A stretch of 64,000 nucleotides of DNA from Chara braunii (GCA_003427395.1 BFEA01000025.1:709676-773675); one strand, 5' to 3'; numbered from the stretch's first letter, positions 37,654 to 49,926 are shown. Made by a program: numbers and translations. The notes: generated by a model from the letters alone, not told the origin.

Positions 37654-39401
37654 ATCTTCAGATCTGATCACAAGCAATGAATTATATTAGCAGAATATAT
37701 CTTGATGAAGGAGTGGGCAATGCCAGACGCGAAAAGTTTATGGTTATAAATTGTTCAGACCAACCTGGCACAACGCAGACTGCACTCAAAACTTTGGTCT
37801 GGAATATTGAAGTCTTGGATTAAAGTCAAACGAAGCAGACTGAAGGAGCCTACTACGAAAATAGAAATACTGAATCAATGTCTGTTTGATAATGACTTGA
37901 TCTGCCAGCCTTCTGGCCATCCATTTGCAACAGCGAGTGGACCTGGCCAGTTTGCTAAAGCATGGATAGAGAAGGGTGTGTACCCCATTAGTCATATATG
38001 GGATGAGACCAAACAGGATTGGTTAAAACCAACGGGGGTAAGGAAGCGGCTAACCAGACTTCATAAAGTGGAGGATCATTATCAGTCAATCCTGATAGCT
38101 GTTCCCCCACAGTGGAGGAATCTGTTAAAAGAAAATGCGGAGTATTATACTTTACGTGCTTGGTTAGAACACCCAGAGGATAACAACATAGTGGTGAGAG
38201 TTCTGGGTCTGGACTTGAGACAAGGTATGCGAGTGGAGCAGTGGAGAAAGGAAGTATCTACAACAGAGGAGACTTCACTTAAATTTGAAATAGAGACAAC
38301 GTTAGCAACCACAAGCATACTTCCTGAAGTAAGGGTATGAGAAAGACGTTTGGGAAGTGAGAAACAGATGAAACTGTTAAAAGAAAGTCCGTTGGACTAT
38401 ATAGTCGAACCCTTACTATATGGATGGAATGAGGGGGAAGGAAATGCACAACCCTTGTGTCGGTACACTACTAAGATTGTAGTAGCTCAGCGTCGTCAAA
38501 AGAGATTGAGGCCTCGATACATAGCTGAGCGCAGATTTCAAAAATCTCAAGGGGCAAATAATCGTCCACCAGAGTTTCAGGAACTGTGGAAACGATTAAG
38601 GAAGCTCCCATCTCATAGACACGCGAGTCTAATGTGGACTCAGTCGATGGGCCTGACGCCGTCTGCACTATGACTACAATCTAGGGGGATGGAGTTGAGT
38701 ATAACATGCATAAAATGTAAATGGGGATGAGAATCTACAAAGCATGTGTGGCTACTCTGCCCGCTAGCAGATGAAATATGGCTTTGGTGAAAAACCAGTT
38801 GGGATGCCAGAGTAGGCCAGAGTTGGGTATGGAATGATGATATGATATTACATGCGATACCCCCTGATAATGGCAAATGGAAAGAGCAGTGGGGTTACGC
38901 AGCTCTAGTTTGTAGGGGAATAGTGATGGAGACAATCTGGAAGGCAAGGAATGCCTCTGTGTTCAAAGAAGAACAGATATCAGCGCATCAACAGATATGT
39001 ATGATCAAGCAAACGCTGAGACTCACCATCCTGGCGGATTGGAAGAGGGCTAGGAGAAGAGCAGGGGGAGGCGCTCCTTGGTTTAATAAGGTCTGGACAA
39101 AAAAGAAAGTTTTTGTGACAGTTTCAGAGGAGGGCAAGTTGATATTTCGAGTTGGCTTATAGAAGGACTTGCCTGACATGTCAGAACCGGAGGTACTCAA
39201 GAGACAGAGCGTAACAGATAAACGTTAGTAATTCCTCAGAGTGAGGTTAGGAGTACAACGAAGGATTAAAAAGCTAGGCTTGCACAACTAGCCCTTTTTA
39301 TTTGAGCTTCATGATTTTTTTGGAAAGCTTATTAGGAGGGGACGCTGGCTTGGAGTTTGGTTGATATTATAGACAATCGGTTGTTTATCGAGCCAGGCTC
39401 G

Positions 39402-39603
39402 TAAGCGAAACTGGCTGAGGCTGCCACGATAACTCCGGGTTGAATTGTGAGGTCCCCGGCCTCGTTCTTTAAACATTTTGAAATAAAAGACACATGCTTT
39501 CAAAAAAACAACAACAACAAAAAAAAAAAACAACAAATCCAGAGGCCGGGGACCTCACAATTCAACCCGGAGTTATCCCGGCAGCATCAGCCGGTTTAGC
39601 TTA
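39402..39603. repeat. Inverted repeat formed by the shared 62-nt 3' motif of LINE-A and LINE-B
   Basis: 39402-39463 versus the reverse complement of 39542-39603: 57/62 identical by manual alignment. Confidence 0.92.
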
Positions 39604-40156
39604 TGATGTGCAGAGAAACTGCTGAACAAAGTAATTGCTTCTAACTATTGACAATCGTTGTATCTATTATGAGGGCCGGGATATATCATTACAGCCTAGC
39701 TTTCTAACAAGACACAACTTCTCACCAAACAGTTGGCAATGTATTATCCTTGCCGAAATCTATACTTATGCCTAAGTCTTATATGCCGAAAGAGAAGGGG
39801 AGGGGGGGGGGAGGGGGGGTAGGATAGGAAGACGAGAAGGGGAGGATAGAGGGGGGTTGGAGAAAAACACGGGGTGAGAGGGGGGAGGAGAGAAGGGGGT
39901 GTAGATGATGAAAAGCAATCCTAAAATGACAGGCCTAAGACGGCCTGGCCTCGGCCCAAACCGACCGAGAGGAGACGACTGTACTCCTTCTCTAGTTCCT
40001 GGACACTCTCCTCCCTGCCCTACCCTCTGCAGCCTACTGAGACTGCCTACTGAAACCGAGTGCCCTGGTTATAAATGCTACAAACTGGGGATGGTGACAG
40101 GGGGGGGAGATCGAGATGGGGGGGAGATAAAAGGGATAGGAGGGGGGTGGCCTTTC

Positions 40157-43100
40157 TCAACTCAGAAGCCACGGGGAGATGACTAGCTTGCCCTCGTGAG
40201 TAACCGCTGCCAATTGGTTGTCCCTGACCCACGTAACCAGGAACCAGTATCTGCCTCGTCTCGTTTGCCCTCTCGCTGCTTTCCTGTGCCAGTCGACACA
40301 GATCATTGTTCTGATCCAAGATTTGATTTTAAGTATCAGAACCGCATCTGCCGTCCACTGTTGCTTGAAGAGGACATTGTTCCGGTTCTCCCAGATGGTC
40401 CAGATAATGATAGACCGAATGGCTTGTGCAACATAACCTCTTCCTGTATGCTTGAACCATGTGTCTGGGATACATCCTAGAGTGCCCATGCTTCATCCCA
40501 GCGCAGCAGGGGGCCCACGAATCTGATCCAGTGTCTCTCCCACCATTGCCATATCCACTTAGATGCCGGGCAGGCCTAGAAGAGGTGTGTTAAAGTCTCC
40601 TCCTCCCTGTTGCTGCAGCGTTTACATTTTGTTTCAATCTCCATACCTCTCTCGAACAGACGAACAACACAGGGGACCGCCGCATGTGAAAGCAGCCACA
40701 AGAGGCCCGCTAACTTCTGGGAGGATAGAGTAGGGAGCTGCGCCCAAAGGGTTAGAAGCTCATTTTCCGTATCCTTTGGTCCTGTGTGGCATTCCTGTTC
40801 AAAGCGCGTGCTACCTCCGTGGGAAGGTCCTGGTCTTTTGACAAAGGAGCTCTGGCCAGCGAGGTTTGGAATTGATGGAGGAAGACTCTGCGTCCCGGTG
40901 ATTGTTCCCAGTAGTGGCCCTGTGGATCAACACGTAGTTGTTGCAGTGGTATACCATCTGCCAGGATGTCGTGAGTGATGCCTCTTTCTGAGGTTCTGGT
41001 GTCTACCCGAATGATCCGCAGGCTCTGAGATGGGGAGACTGCGATGTCTCCTCGCAGCTGAAGGCGTGTAGGACGTTCCGGGTCAGTGGAGCTCACCCAT
41101 TCCTGAGCGGACCATGTTTCATCGTCTTGTTGGTCCCGGATCCGAATCACGGTGTGTTCTTCTTTGTTGGCTGCGTCGATATACCACTCCCCTTCTGTTG
41201 GTGTGTTCCCCTGGAGTAGCTCGACTCAGTGGGCGGGGATGGCTGCGATAAGTTGTTGGAGCCTCTGTGGGATTAGTTGCAGTCTTCCTAGCTTCCGCTT
41301 CAGCTTGCTTTCTTCCAGCCAGCAGTCTGTTTCCTCGTCCCAAAGATATTGTATTCTCGTTACTCCCTTCTCCGTCCATCGCCTGCCGAAAGAACCTGGG
41401 GCGGCAGTAGCAACAAATTATTCGTGCTGTTCATTCAAGATTTCTGGATTGTCGAACAGGATCTGCTTCAGCACCTCCCCCTTGGTAGTTGGCTGCTTCG
41501 TGTACGGGGGGGCAAGCGCCCGCCAGGCTGTCCAGCAGGCACCTGCCACCTGGGACTGCAGTTGCCTGCGCATGTAGGAGGTCATGAAAACTGTTGCCCA
41601 TACGTCCTCTTTTCTTGAAAGTGAGAGTTCCTGTTGTAGCAGATACTCCAGAACTGGCTGCCAAGTCCTGCATTCGGACTGAGTGGCTATTTTGCTGAGC
41701 CATTTGGTGAGGAGGGCAAGGTTTTGCCTGTATGGGTCTATGATTCCCAGGCCACCCTGGTTTTTGCCTGAGGCGACCTTGGACCAAGAGCACTTGGACA
41801 AGAATTTCTGACCTTCTTGAGCTGTTGGCTTCCACAAGTACCTTGCAGCATCAGCGGCGAGGAGTCTGGCTGTTGGTTTGGTGAGGAGACAGACCGCAGC
41901 CACGTGCCAAAGTTGAGCAAAGACTACAGATGTAAGGAGGATAGCTCTGCCCAACAGAGAAATTCCCACCGCTACTCTGCATCGTTGAATGCTGGCATTT
42001 GTCTTGGAGCGGAGGATGGCTTGCTGCTTCGGACGCGCACTTGTCAGGGAAACCTGCATGCCCAGGTATCGTTCCGATACCTCGGGGGGGATGCGCTTCA
42101 TGCCCAAGTCAAGGCTTGACATTTCGTAGTCCGCCGGGAGAAAAAAGATAGATTTCTCCCAGTTGACTTGGGCCTCCAAAAGTTGTATGTAACCGTCCAA
42201 CAACGACTTGGCTTCGTGAGTAGACTCTGGGGTGGCTTCCATGGTGAGCAGCAGATCATCAGCAATGGCTCCGGTCAGCATAATCTCCCCATCCCCGAGC
42301 TCGAGGCCTCGTATCCGCGGGGAGGCCCGGAGCGCATTGAGGGGGATTTTCATCTGGAGCCTGAAGAGCAACGGCGCCAATGGGCAGCCTTGTCGGAGAG
42401 AGCGTGCAAGAGTGAAGCTCTGCGAAAGGAATCCGTTGACATTGACTTCTAGTGTAGCAGTGGACTCTACGTAAAGTTCCCGGACCCAGTGTCGGTAGTT
42501 GGGGCCAAACCCCATGTGCTCCAATGTTGCCAGGACGAACGACCAGTTTACCCGGTCATAGGCCTTTTCAAGGTCCAACATGGCAACCAACACTTGTCTG
42601 TTCTCCCTCCGTACGATTTCCAAAGCTCCAGCTGCCATCAACATGTTTTTGGCAATAGATCTGCCCTGGACGAAAGCACCTTGGTCCGTGTGGACCAGCG
42701 CAGGCAGGTGAGCGGTGAGTCTGCGTGCAAGAAGCTTGGCCAAAATTTTATAAGACACGTTTAGGCGGGAGATAGGGCGCCAGTTTCGTACATTTCGTTT
42801 ATCACCTTTCTTGTAGATTAGTGTGATGATGCCTAATTTCATGTCTTTGGTCAAGGAACCTCCTTGCAGTAGGCTGTTATAGCAGTCAAGGAGAACAGGT
42901 CCAGTATGTTCCCAAGTTGCCTCGTAGAACTCAATGGGGAGTCCGTCTGAACCAGGGTTCTTCCCCATCACCATACTTTTGACTGCCTGCAAGAGTTCAT
43001 CCAAGGTGAACGGCTCTTCTAGCTGTTGGCTGGCGGCTTCCGGTAGTTTGGTCTGTGTATGTTGCCTGAGATCGGATTCTTCTATCAACTGCTGCAGCGG

Positions 43101-44407
43101 CAGATCTGGTTGCCTCCTTGAGGTGAGAATGTCTGTGAAGTAGTTAAGCGCATATTCTCCAATTGCAGTAGATTCCTTTGCTGGCGCCGCCTCTTGGTAG
43201 AAGGGATGCAACATCTCTTTCATGAGACTGTGTGCTCTCGGCGGGCAAACACGTTGAAAAGTCTCTCTTGACATTCTGTCCCCAACCTGCATGCCTTTTT
43301 CTTGCGCTCTATTGGCCCACAGTACCTGCTGTGCCACTTGAATTTCTTCCAGCTTCTGCAACCATCTATCTCTTCGGTGCTGCCAATAGAGCTCAATTAA
43401 TGGCTGTTTGTTAAGCTCCTCTTCAGCTTCGGCAATCATGAATCTGCATTCTTCTTCCTCCTTTCTTCTGGCCCTTGCCTGCACTCTTGAGAACACGTCA
43501 AGTGCACGTGTAACAATTTTGAATCTCATCTGTAGCCAATCTCCTTCCGAGTGAAAGTCCCCTTTCGTGCTTTGCCAACTGGTCCAGTGGTCTTCCACCC
43601 ACTTCAATATATCTGGGTCCTTCAACATCTCGGTGTTCAAACGGAAAGTACCCGGACCCCTGGCCATCTGGTCTGCAAGCTCGAAGCTGGCAATGAGTGG
43701 ACGGTGATCTGGCATAGACTCGATAGATAGGTCGACCGTGGTAAGGGCTCCCATGCCGCGCCAGAGGCCAGGACGAGGTCTAACCTGCGCTTTGGGCGCG
43801 GACAATCACCGGTTCTCTGAGATGAGAACCAGGTGTATCCTGGCTCCGTGGGGTGGGTGGTTCTATACGTATCCACCAAATTGCGCTCCCCCATGAAGTT
43901 GGCAAGAGAGATGGTATCCGCTTTCCCTGGGGCAACGTCGGGGGAGTCCATGCCCGGGCTGAGAGTCACGTTGAAATCTCCTGCAAGTATCAGATTTTCC
44001 GCCAAAGGTGCTATAGCAGGGAGTTCCTCCAAGAAGGAGCGGCGTTCTGCAGGTTCAGAAGGTGCGTAGATCGGCATGAGGACCAATATTTCAGCGCCTA
44101 ACTGGATCCTGCACCAGGCCCAATGGCCCCAGATGTCAGCATCTTGTTCGAGCAGCTCAAAGTCAAGATTTCGGTGGAATAAAATAGCACATCCACCCTT
44201 GGTACCGTCTGCCGGGGCCCAGATTTGTGGGCCTCTCCACCATCCGTTGAGTTGGGCGATCTTATCTTCGTCAAGCTTGGTCTCCTGCAGTAAAATGACC
44301 TGCAGCTTGTGGTCGTGCGCCCATGTCTTCAGTCGGGCCTTCTTGAAGCGTCTCGTGGTCTCACCTAGCCCTCGAATGTTCCAGGTGCCCAGCTTAAGAC
44401 TGGTCAT
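40157..44407 (-). pseudogene. LINE-B ORF2 (APE endonuclease, RT, C-terminal Cys/His motif); a few frameshifts and stops
   Basis: GTWNIRGL, LQETK, GDFN, RLD, PDH; KNPGSDGLP, WRPIS, DLEKAYDRV, RQGCPLAP, AIADDL; CKRC...ETLTHLF*ACP; IWENRN. Confidence 0.92.
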
Positions 44408-47400
44408 TGGAGGATGCTGCAGCGGTTGTGCTTTGGATCCGCAGTACTTCTTCGTTTGCCTGTCTTCCAAGCCTTGACCTTCGGGGTGTATCTGTTTCTG
44501 CTGTGTTGGACCAAGGTGCCCGGAGCAAATTCCTGAAGCCCGCCAGGTGAGGTTGCTTGTCCGTGGCCAGCGTGGTGCAAAATTCGGCTAAAAGTTTGGT
44601 GTTTACATCCTCCGTTAGGAACATCTCTTGCAACTCCTCCGTTGTGGTGGTAGCCAGCCAAGTGGAGGGAAGCCATTCTACGCCTTGCGTGGCAAGTAGG
44701 GATGCAGTGTCCAGATTGATCTTGACGTCGATAACTCCGATGGAGAAATGCCAACTACCGCCTGCTGCTGCAGCTACCATTTTCCTGCCAACACGTATCC
44801 CTGGTATGAGCCTGAAAGGGAAGCGGTCGGCGATGAAAGTTGCTGCCACCGCCTTGACTGCTTCCTTCGTTGTTGGAGAGGCACTTACTGTCACTGTTGG
44901 GATCGCGAGTAATCCACACTCTGTTCTCCTCGCCATGAACCTGGTACCCTGTGGTGATAGCATAAAGCAAAGAAGGACAAGTTGGTGCCTGATGGTTCCC
45001 ATAGCTGGCCCGCTGGTGGATGGCTGAGCAGGAAGAGCGGTGCGGTGGGGCACAGGGGGGAGTGGTCCTGCAGGAACTGAAAGTTGTGAGGGGGGTCTGG
45101 TGGAGGGGATGGCAAAGAAGTCAACTTCTCCCTCCTCCTCCTCCTGTGTGATTTGGTCCTCGTCATCTTCATTGATGCGGCGCTGCTTCACTGGTGTGCG
45201 AAGCACCAGTCGTGGGTCTCGCATGGTTGCATCTGCAGCATATCCTCCATTGTCCGCTGAGGCGCCTGACCTGGAGCTGCCACCTGCACTTGCCTGCATA
45301 GTCTGCATAGTCTGCTGCTGCATTGTTTGGGCTCCGTGTGCCTGCTGGGTTGATGGGTGTTGAGTTGTGTGTGCAACGAAAGTGGGGTTTTGATATGTGG
45401 TGACGTAGTGCAGGGGGGCCTGGGGGTGGGGATTGGGGTTGGTAGGACTAGGTAATTGGGTGTGGCTGGTGGTAGTGATGATGGGGGGGGGCGAAGAGAA
45501 CGTGGCTTGTGGATGCCGTGGCCCATGGGTGGGGCTGGCGAAGGTGTGTGGCCAGGGGTTGCGTTGTCTGAGTGTTGTAGAGAGGGGTCCCCAACTGCAG
45601 CATCGGAGGGGGGGGGGGGTCTCGCCACAGAGATGAGTGGAGGGGAGCGAATAAAAGCCGCTGCTTGCAGGTTGGTGGTGATGGGGTTGCAGTGAGTCGT
45701 TGGGGGGGGATAGGACAAGCCTGCGGGGGGGAGGGAGCCGATGAGAGGGATGGTGGAGGGGGCTCCATAAGCACCTAGGTGGTGGTGAATGAGAGGTGGG
45801 TGCTGATATGGTGGCGGGGGAGCTTGGAAGGGGACAATTGCGTTGTGTGGAGCACTATGTAACCGGGTGAACGCGCTGAACGCGCGTTCACGTTCATCTG
45901 CGCGCGTTCATACCCCCCGAGGCAGCGTTCACTCGCGTTCAAGCGCACTGCGCGCCACGTGGCACAAAAAAAATAATGCGCCCCCGGGGGACGCGTGCGT
46001 GTGTTGCGGACTAGGGGGTGACGGGCCTCGTTCAGCAAACCCCAAAAGTGCAAAAACAGACCCCCCTGGAGGCCTACCCCCCCTGCCGCATCTCACCCCA
46101 CCTTATGAGGCACCTTATGAGGCTCATGTGTCAAGAGTCCATTTTTTTTTTCCGGGGGGGTGGAAGAATCCCCCCGATCACAGCTCAGACAGCCCATGCA
46201 GGCCATCTGAAGGGTCGTCGCAGCCATGTGGCGCAGACCCCACTCCAAAATCAAGGCAGGCAGTGAACATGAGTAATATCAGGAGCTGGCCTAATATATA
46301 CTCAATATTCGAACTCAGGTCTGTGTTCCAGCAGTTATGGGTTTCTCACGTAGCCAGGCCCTGTTGGTCTATCCACGTGATTCTCAGGGCTTGGCTGCAC
46401 TACTCACCAAATGTGCAAAACTAGAATGAATCTTCTCCAGAACATGGAATAATACGCCGCCATATGTTTTTTTTTTTTTTTTTTCATTTTTTGCAGTGAC
46501 CCTAAAAGAAAAACACGTCATTCTCAGGGCTTGGCTGCACTACTCACCAAATGTGCAAAACTAGAATGAATCTTCTGCAGAACATGGAATAATACACCGC
46601 CATATGTTTTGTCTTTTTTTTTCCTCGTTTTTTGCAGTGGCCCTAAAAGAAAAAGGAGAAAAAAAAGGAGAAAAAAAAGACAAAACATATGGCGGCGTAT
46701 TATTCCACGTTCTGCAGAAGATTCATTTTAGTTTTGCACATTTGGTGAGTAGTGCAGCTAACCCCTGAGAATCACGTGCAGAGACACAGCCCAGCTACGT
46801 GAGCAACCCATAACTGCTGAAACACAAACCTGAATTTGAATTTTGAGTATATATTCGGCCAGCTCCTCCTGCTCTTCATTTATACTGTTGGCCTTCAATT
46901 TGGGGGGGGTCCGCGCCCCATGGCTGCGAGGATCCTTCAGAGAGCCTGCATGGGCTGTCTGAGCCGTGTTAGGGAGATTCCCCCACGCCCTCCCCCCCCA
47001 AAAAAAAAGGAGCAATCACACACANNNNNNNNNNNNNNNNNNNNNNNNNNNNNNNNNNNNNNNNNNNNNNNNNNNNNNNNNNNNNNNNNNNNNNNNNNNN
47101 NNNNNNNNNNNNNNNNNNNNNNNNNNNNNNNNNNNNNNNNNNNNNNNCCGCCGCTCCCCACACTGCCCAAAGCCCCCCCCCAGCCCGCACAACCCCCTGC
47201 GCAAACGCGTCAAACGCGTTCACCGCCGTTCACATAACGCGCGTTCGAAAGCTGAACGTGAAACGCGCGGTAACATAGGTGGAGCGAAGCTCTGGTTCGC
47301 ACCCGCAGAAAGGGCGGAGTGGATGTAGTTTGGGTCAGCTGTGGGTGCAGGGTGAAGTTGTACCAGGGGTCTGTAGTGTGGATTGGGTTGATAGCCTCCA

Positions 47401-48531
47401 GGTGCAGTGGAGTGTGTGCTGTCGATGGGGGGGGTAGAGGGAGTGGGTGAGTGGGGGGGGGTGCTGTATGTGTTTGTTGTGAAGGGTGCTGTGTGGGGGG
47501 AGGGTCGGGAGTCCTGCCTAATTGTCTGTTCCGGTTGGATTGCGGCTGCAAGGGAGGGGGGGACGCCCCCTTCCTCCTCCCTGGCCTCTTCCCCTTCCTC
47601 GCCCTCTGGTTCGTCTGCCTGGAGGCATCGGTTCCTGAAAGCGGGGGCAATCTGGGTCAAACTCGTCATGGAACCACCATAAACACTGCTGACAGAATAA
47701 CGTGTCTTGGTTTGCGAATTGCACTTGCATTGCCTGCCCGGTCGGGCGTCGGAGAACCATCCACTCCTTAAATGTATCTCTGACACACGGGTCGCAATCA
47801 ATTTTAACGTTGCCTAATCGAGGTTCATCATCTTCTCGCCTATTTGGGGGATGCATGTGGATTATGGGGCCCATCAGATTCTCGACTGCAAACTTGAGTG
47901 AGAAGAGAGCTCCTAGGGGGATACGAAGCGCAATGATGCGGTATTTCGCCGCCGCATCAGCTTTGCGTAGTTGGTCCAGCTCTTGCTGGGTCATCCACGG
48001 GTGGAATGTAACTTTGATTGGTCCTTCCCTAGATGGGATGAAGTCCTGCCCTCTATTAAGCATCTATTGGGCGATCCTCTGCGTCCGTGCAACGTAGGAC
48101 ATGACGTTTGGACCTTCGCCGTGCTTTCGACCTCTCCTCTGGGAGGGGTTGAAGTTGGGGTCTTGGTACCAGGCGTCTTCGAAAATTCGGATGAACTGTT
48201 CTCTTTGAGCTACCGATAAATTAACTGCTCGTGTGTCGAAGACTATTATGACTGTTCGTTCTTTGAGCCAAGCGACCGTGGTTGCATCGACTTCAGCGTT
48301 TAAATTAAGGTAGTTTACTCCATCCACGATTTCGGTACTACCATGGGAGAACGAGGTCTCCGGAAACATGCCATCATCATAGCATGAGTCTAGCAGTGTA
48401 TGAATTCGTGTCATGTCGGCAGGCGGGATGGCGGCTTGTGTTGACGGACCCGGGCGAATTGCGTGGGGATTTGGAGGAGGTTCCCCCGAAGGGGGGTTGG
48501 GTGTATACATCCCTGAGGATCTGTGGGGCAA
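44394..48531 (-). pseudogene. LINE-B ORF1, interrupted by the 45855-47278 element
   Basis: ORFs 48064-48531 and 47518-48063 are in frame across one stop; CQQCLWWFHDEFDPDC zinc-knuckle-like motif; Pro/Gln-rich linker; C-terminal ORF 44394-45323 overlaps the ORF2 start. Confidence 0.75.
45855..47278. mobile_element. Non-autonomous TIR DNA transposon with 8-bp TSD (hAT- or P-like) and foldback interior
   Basis: TIR CTATGT(A/T)ACCG; flanks GTGGAGCA (45847-45854) and GTGGAGCG (47279-47286); subterminal AACGCG repeats; long internal inverted arms ~46140-46470/46680-47010 plus a direct duplication ~46380/46520. Confidence 0.8.
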
Positions 48532-49861
48532 GAACTGATTGTGTGATGTGGTGATGACGTCAATCCGAGCGGTCAGAGACTGACTATATCTGTCGGGGGG
48601 GTGGGTTGGGCTGGTTGTGTCTGTTGTGGTATATGTGTTGATGACGTAGGGCGGTGGGAAGTAGAGAGTGGATAGATGTATATACGGTGAGGGGATTTAG
48701 TGATGACGTGTTCGGGTGTCGGGGGTCAGAGTCGGGGTCGGGGTGGGGAGGTCAGCATCGGTGTACTACGGGCGTGGTCGGGGCCTGGGCAACGAGGGGG
48801 GGAGAGATGGGGCATTGTGTAGGAAGGGAGAGGAGGTGCTAAAGAGAAAAAAGAGGAGGTGTGTGGGTATCGTAAGTCGATGGGGGATGGGAGAAAACTC
48901 GGTACGTATGACCGATTAAGACGAACCGAACGGACAGTTTGACCGAAAAACCCCCACGAGCGATTTGAACGTCTAACCAGATAACCGAACCGAACGTGCA
49001 AAATCGACCAACGCGAAAACATATACGGGAAGGGTGGGGGGGGTGTAATTACGTACCCCCGAAGATTACGAACGCGTAAGGAGGGGTGGAGGGGGGGGAT
49101 GGTCCGTGGGGTTATAGTAAGGTATGGGGGTGTGACTTATTTGGAGGTCGAGCGATGTGGTATGACCGCAGGGAAAGAAGAAGAGGAAGTGTGTAGGTGA
49201 AAGGGATGGGGGGGGTGAGGGGGGGCTGAGACGATGGTGCGTATGGGGAAGTGGATGAAGCACTTCGAACTCCCCGGGGTTCCACGAGTACAAGATTTTG
49301 TGCGACTTGGACGGGGGTCGAAGGTCAGGGTCGAGGATCAGGGTTGGGGCCAAGATAAGTAGGGTTGGTCTTCAATGGTGTAGGAAAGGAGTGGAAGGGT
49401 TGGGACAACGAGAGAGGAGGTGGGTTGGTGTGACGAGAAGATGAGGGGTGTCGAGAGGAAGAGGAGTTATACTTGCTTGAGAGTGTGGGGCATCTTGGTA
49501 TGCTTGCCAATACCCGTGGCAGCCATCCGTAGAGTCTTGGTTGGACTTTTCTCCAATCGCCCTCAAATGGTGCACCCTCGAGACTTCATATGTCGCATCA
49601 GGGACAGGGCGCGGGCGCCTGTCCCGTTAAATATTGGTACTCATGTCATAAGCTGTATCAATTGACTCGCCTACTCGTCTCCATGTCCCCCCGTCTACTG
49701 CTGGCAGAGGGTTGACCTAGCGATGGTGCTAGGTGGGATGGTGGACGATGACCACTGCTGCCGGCTGCGTGCCTTGGTGGTGGCTGGCGAGGCCAGTCCT
49801 CCTGAACCGGCGGCGCAACGAAAGACTGCTCCGCGCCGGTCGTGACGCCTCCCCCACTTCT

Positions 49862-49898
49862 CTACACTTGATCTTAGCCAAAAGGCCGAGAAAGGTAT
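49862..49898 (-). ncRNA. U2: U2 snRNA nt 1-37 fused to the putative LINE-B 5' end
   Basis: Minus strand ATACCTTTCTCGGCCTTTTGGCTAAGATCAAGTGTAG matches the canonical plant U2 5' end, then switches abruptly to non-U2 sequence. Confidence 0.88.
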
Positions 49899-49926
49899 TG
49901 GGGGGTACTTCCCCCGCCAGTGCGTC

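Larger units (their letters stand above)
29985..39162 (+). pseudogene. LINE-A ORF2 (APE endonuclease, RT, C-terminal Cys/His motif), interrupted by Gypsy-2 and an AT-rich insert
   Basis: ATWNIRGL, LQETK, IYAP, GDWN; KSPGTDGLP; DMEKAYDKV, RQGCPLAP, AIADDL; C-x2-C...HVWLLCP; IWKARN. Confidence 0.9.
16575..39532 (+). mobile_element. LINE-A: full-length L1/Tx1-like non-LTR retrotransposon inserted antisense into the LINE-B 3' UTR
   Basis: 14-bp TSD ACAAATCCAGAGGC at 16561-16574 and 39533-39546; starts GGGG; ORF1 and ORF2 present; AATAAA at 39482; A/CAA tail 39502-39532. Confidence 0.85.
16492..49861 (-). mobile_element. LINE-B: apparently full-length L1/Tx1-like non-LTR retrotransposon, split by nested insertions
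   Basis: Poly(A) tail (plus-strand T run 16492-16534). The 3' UTR continues at 39533 across the 14-bp TSD ACAAATCCAGAGGC. ORF2 and ORF1 are on the minus strand. The 5' boundary is inferred at the U2 junction (49861/49862). Confidence 0.75.

Noticed and set aside
39402-39603. Hammerhead ribozyme or Sm-site snRNA as the identity of the shared LINE tail
   Set aside because: CTGATGC/CTGAGGC lacks the CUGANGA core with a downstream GAAA, and AATTGTG is not a convincing Sm site.
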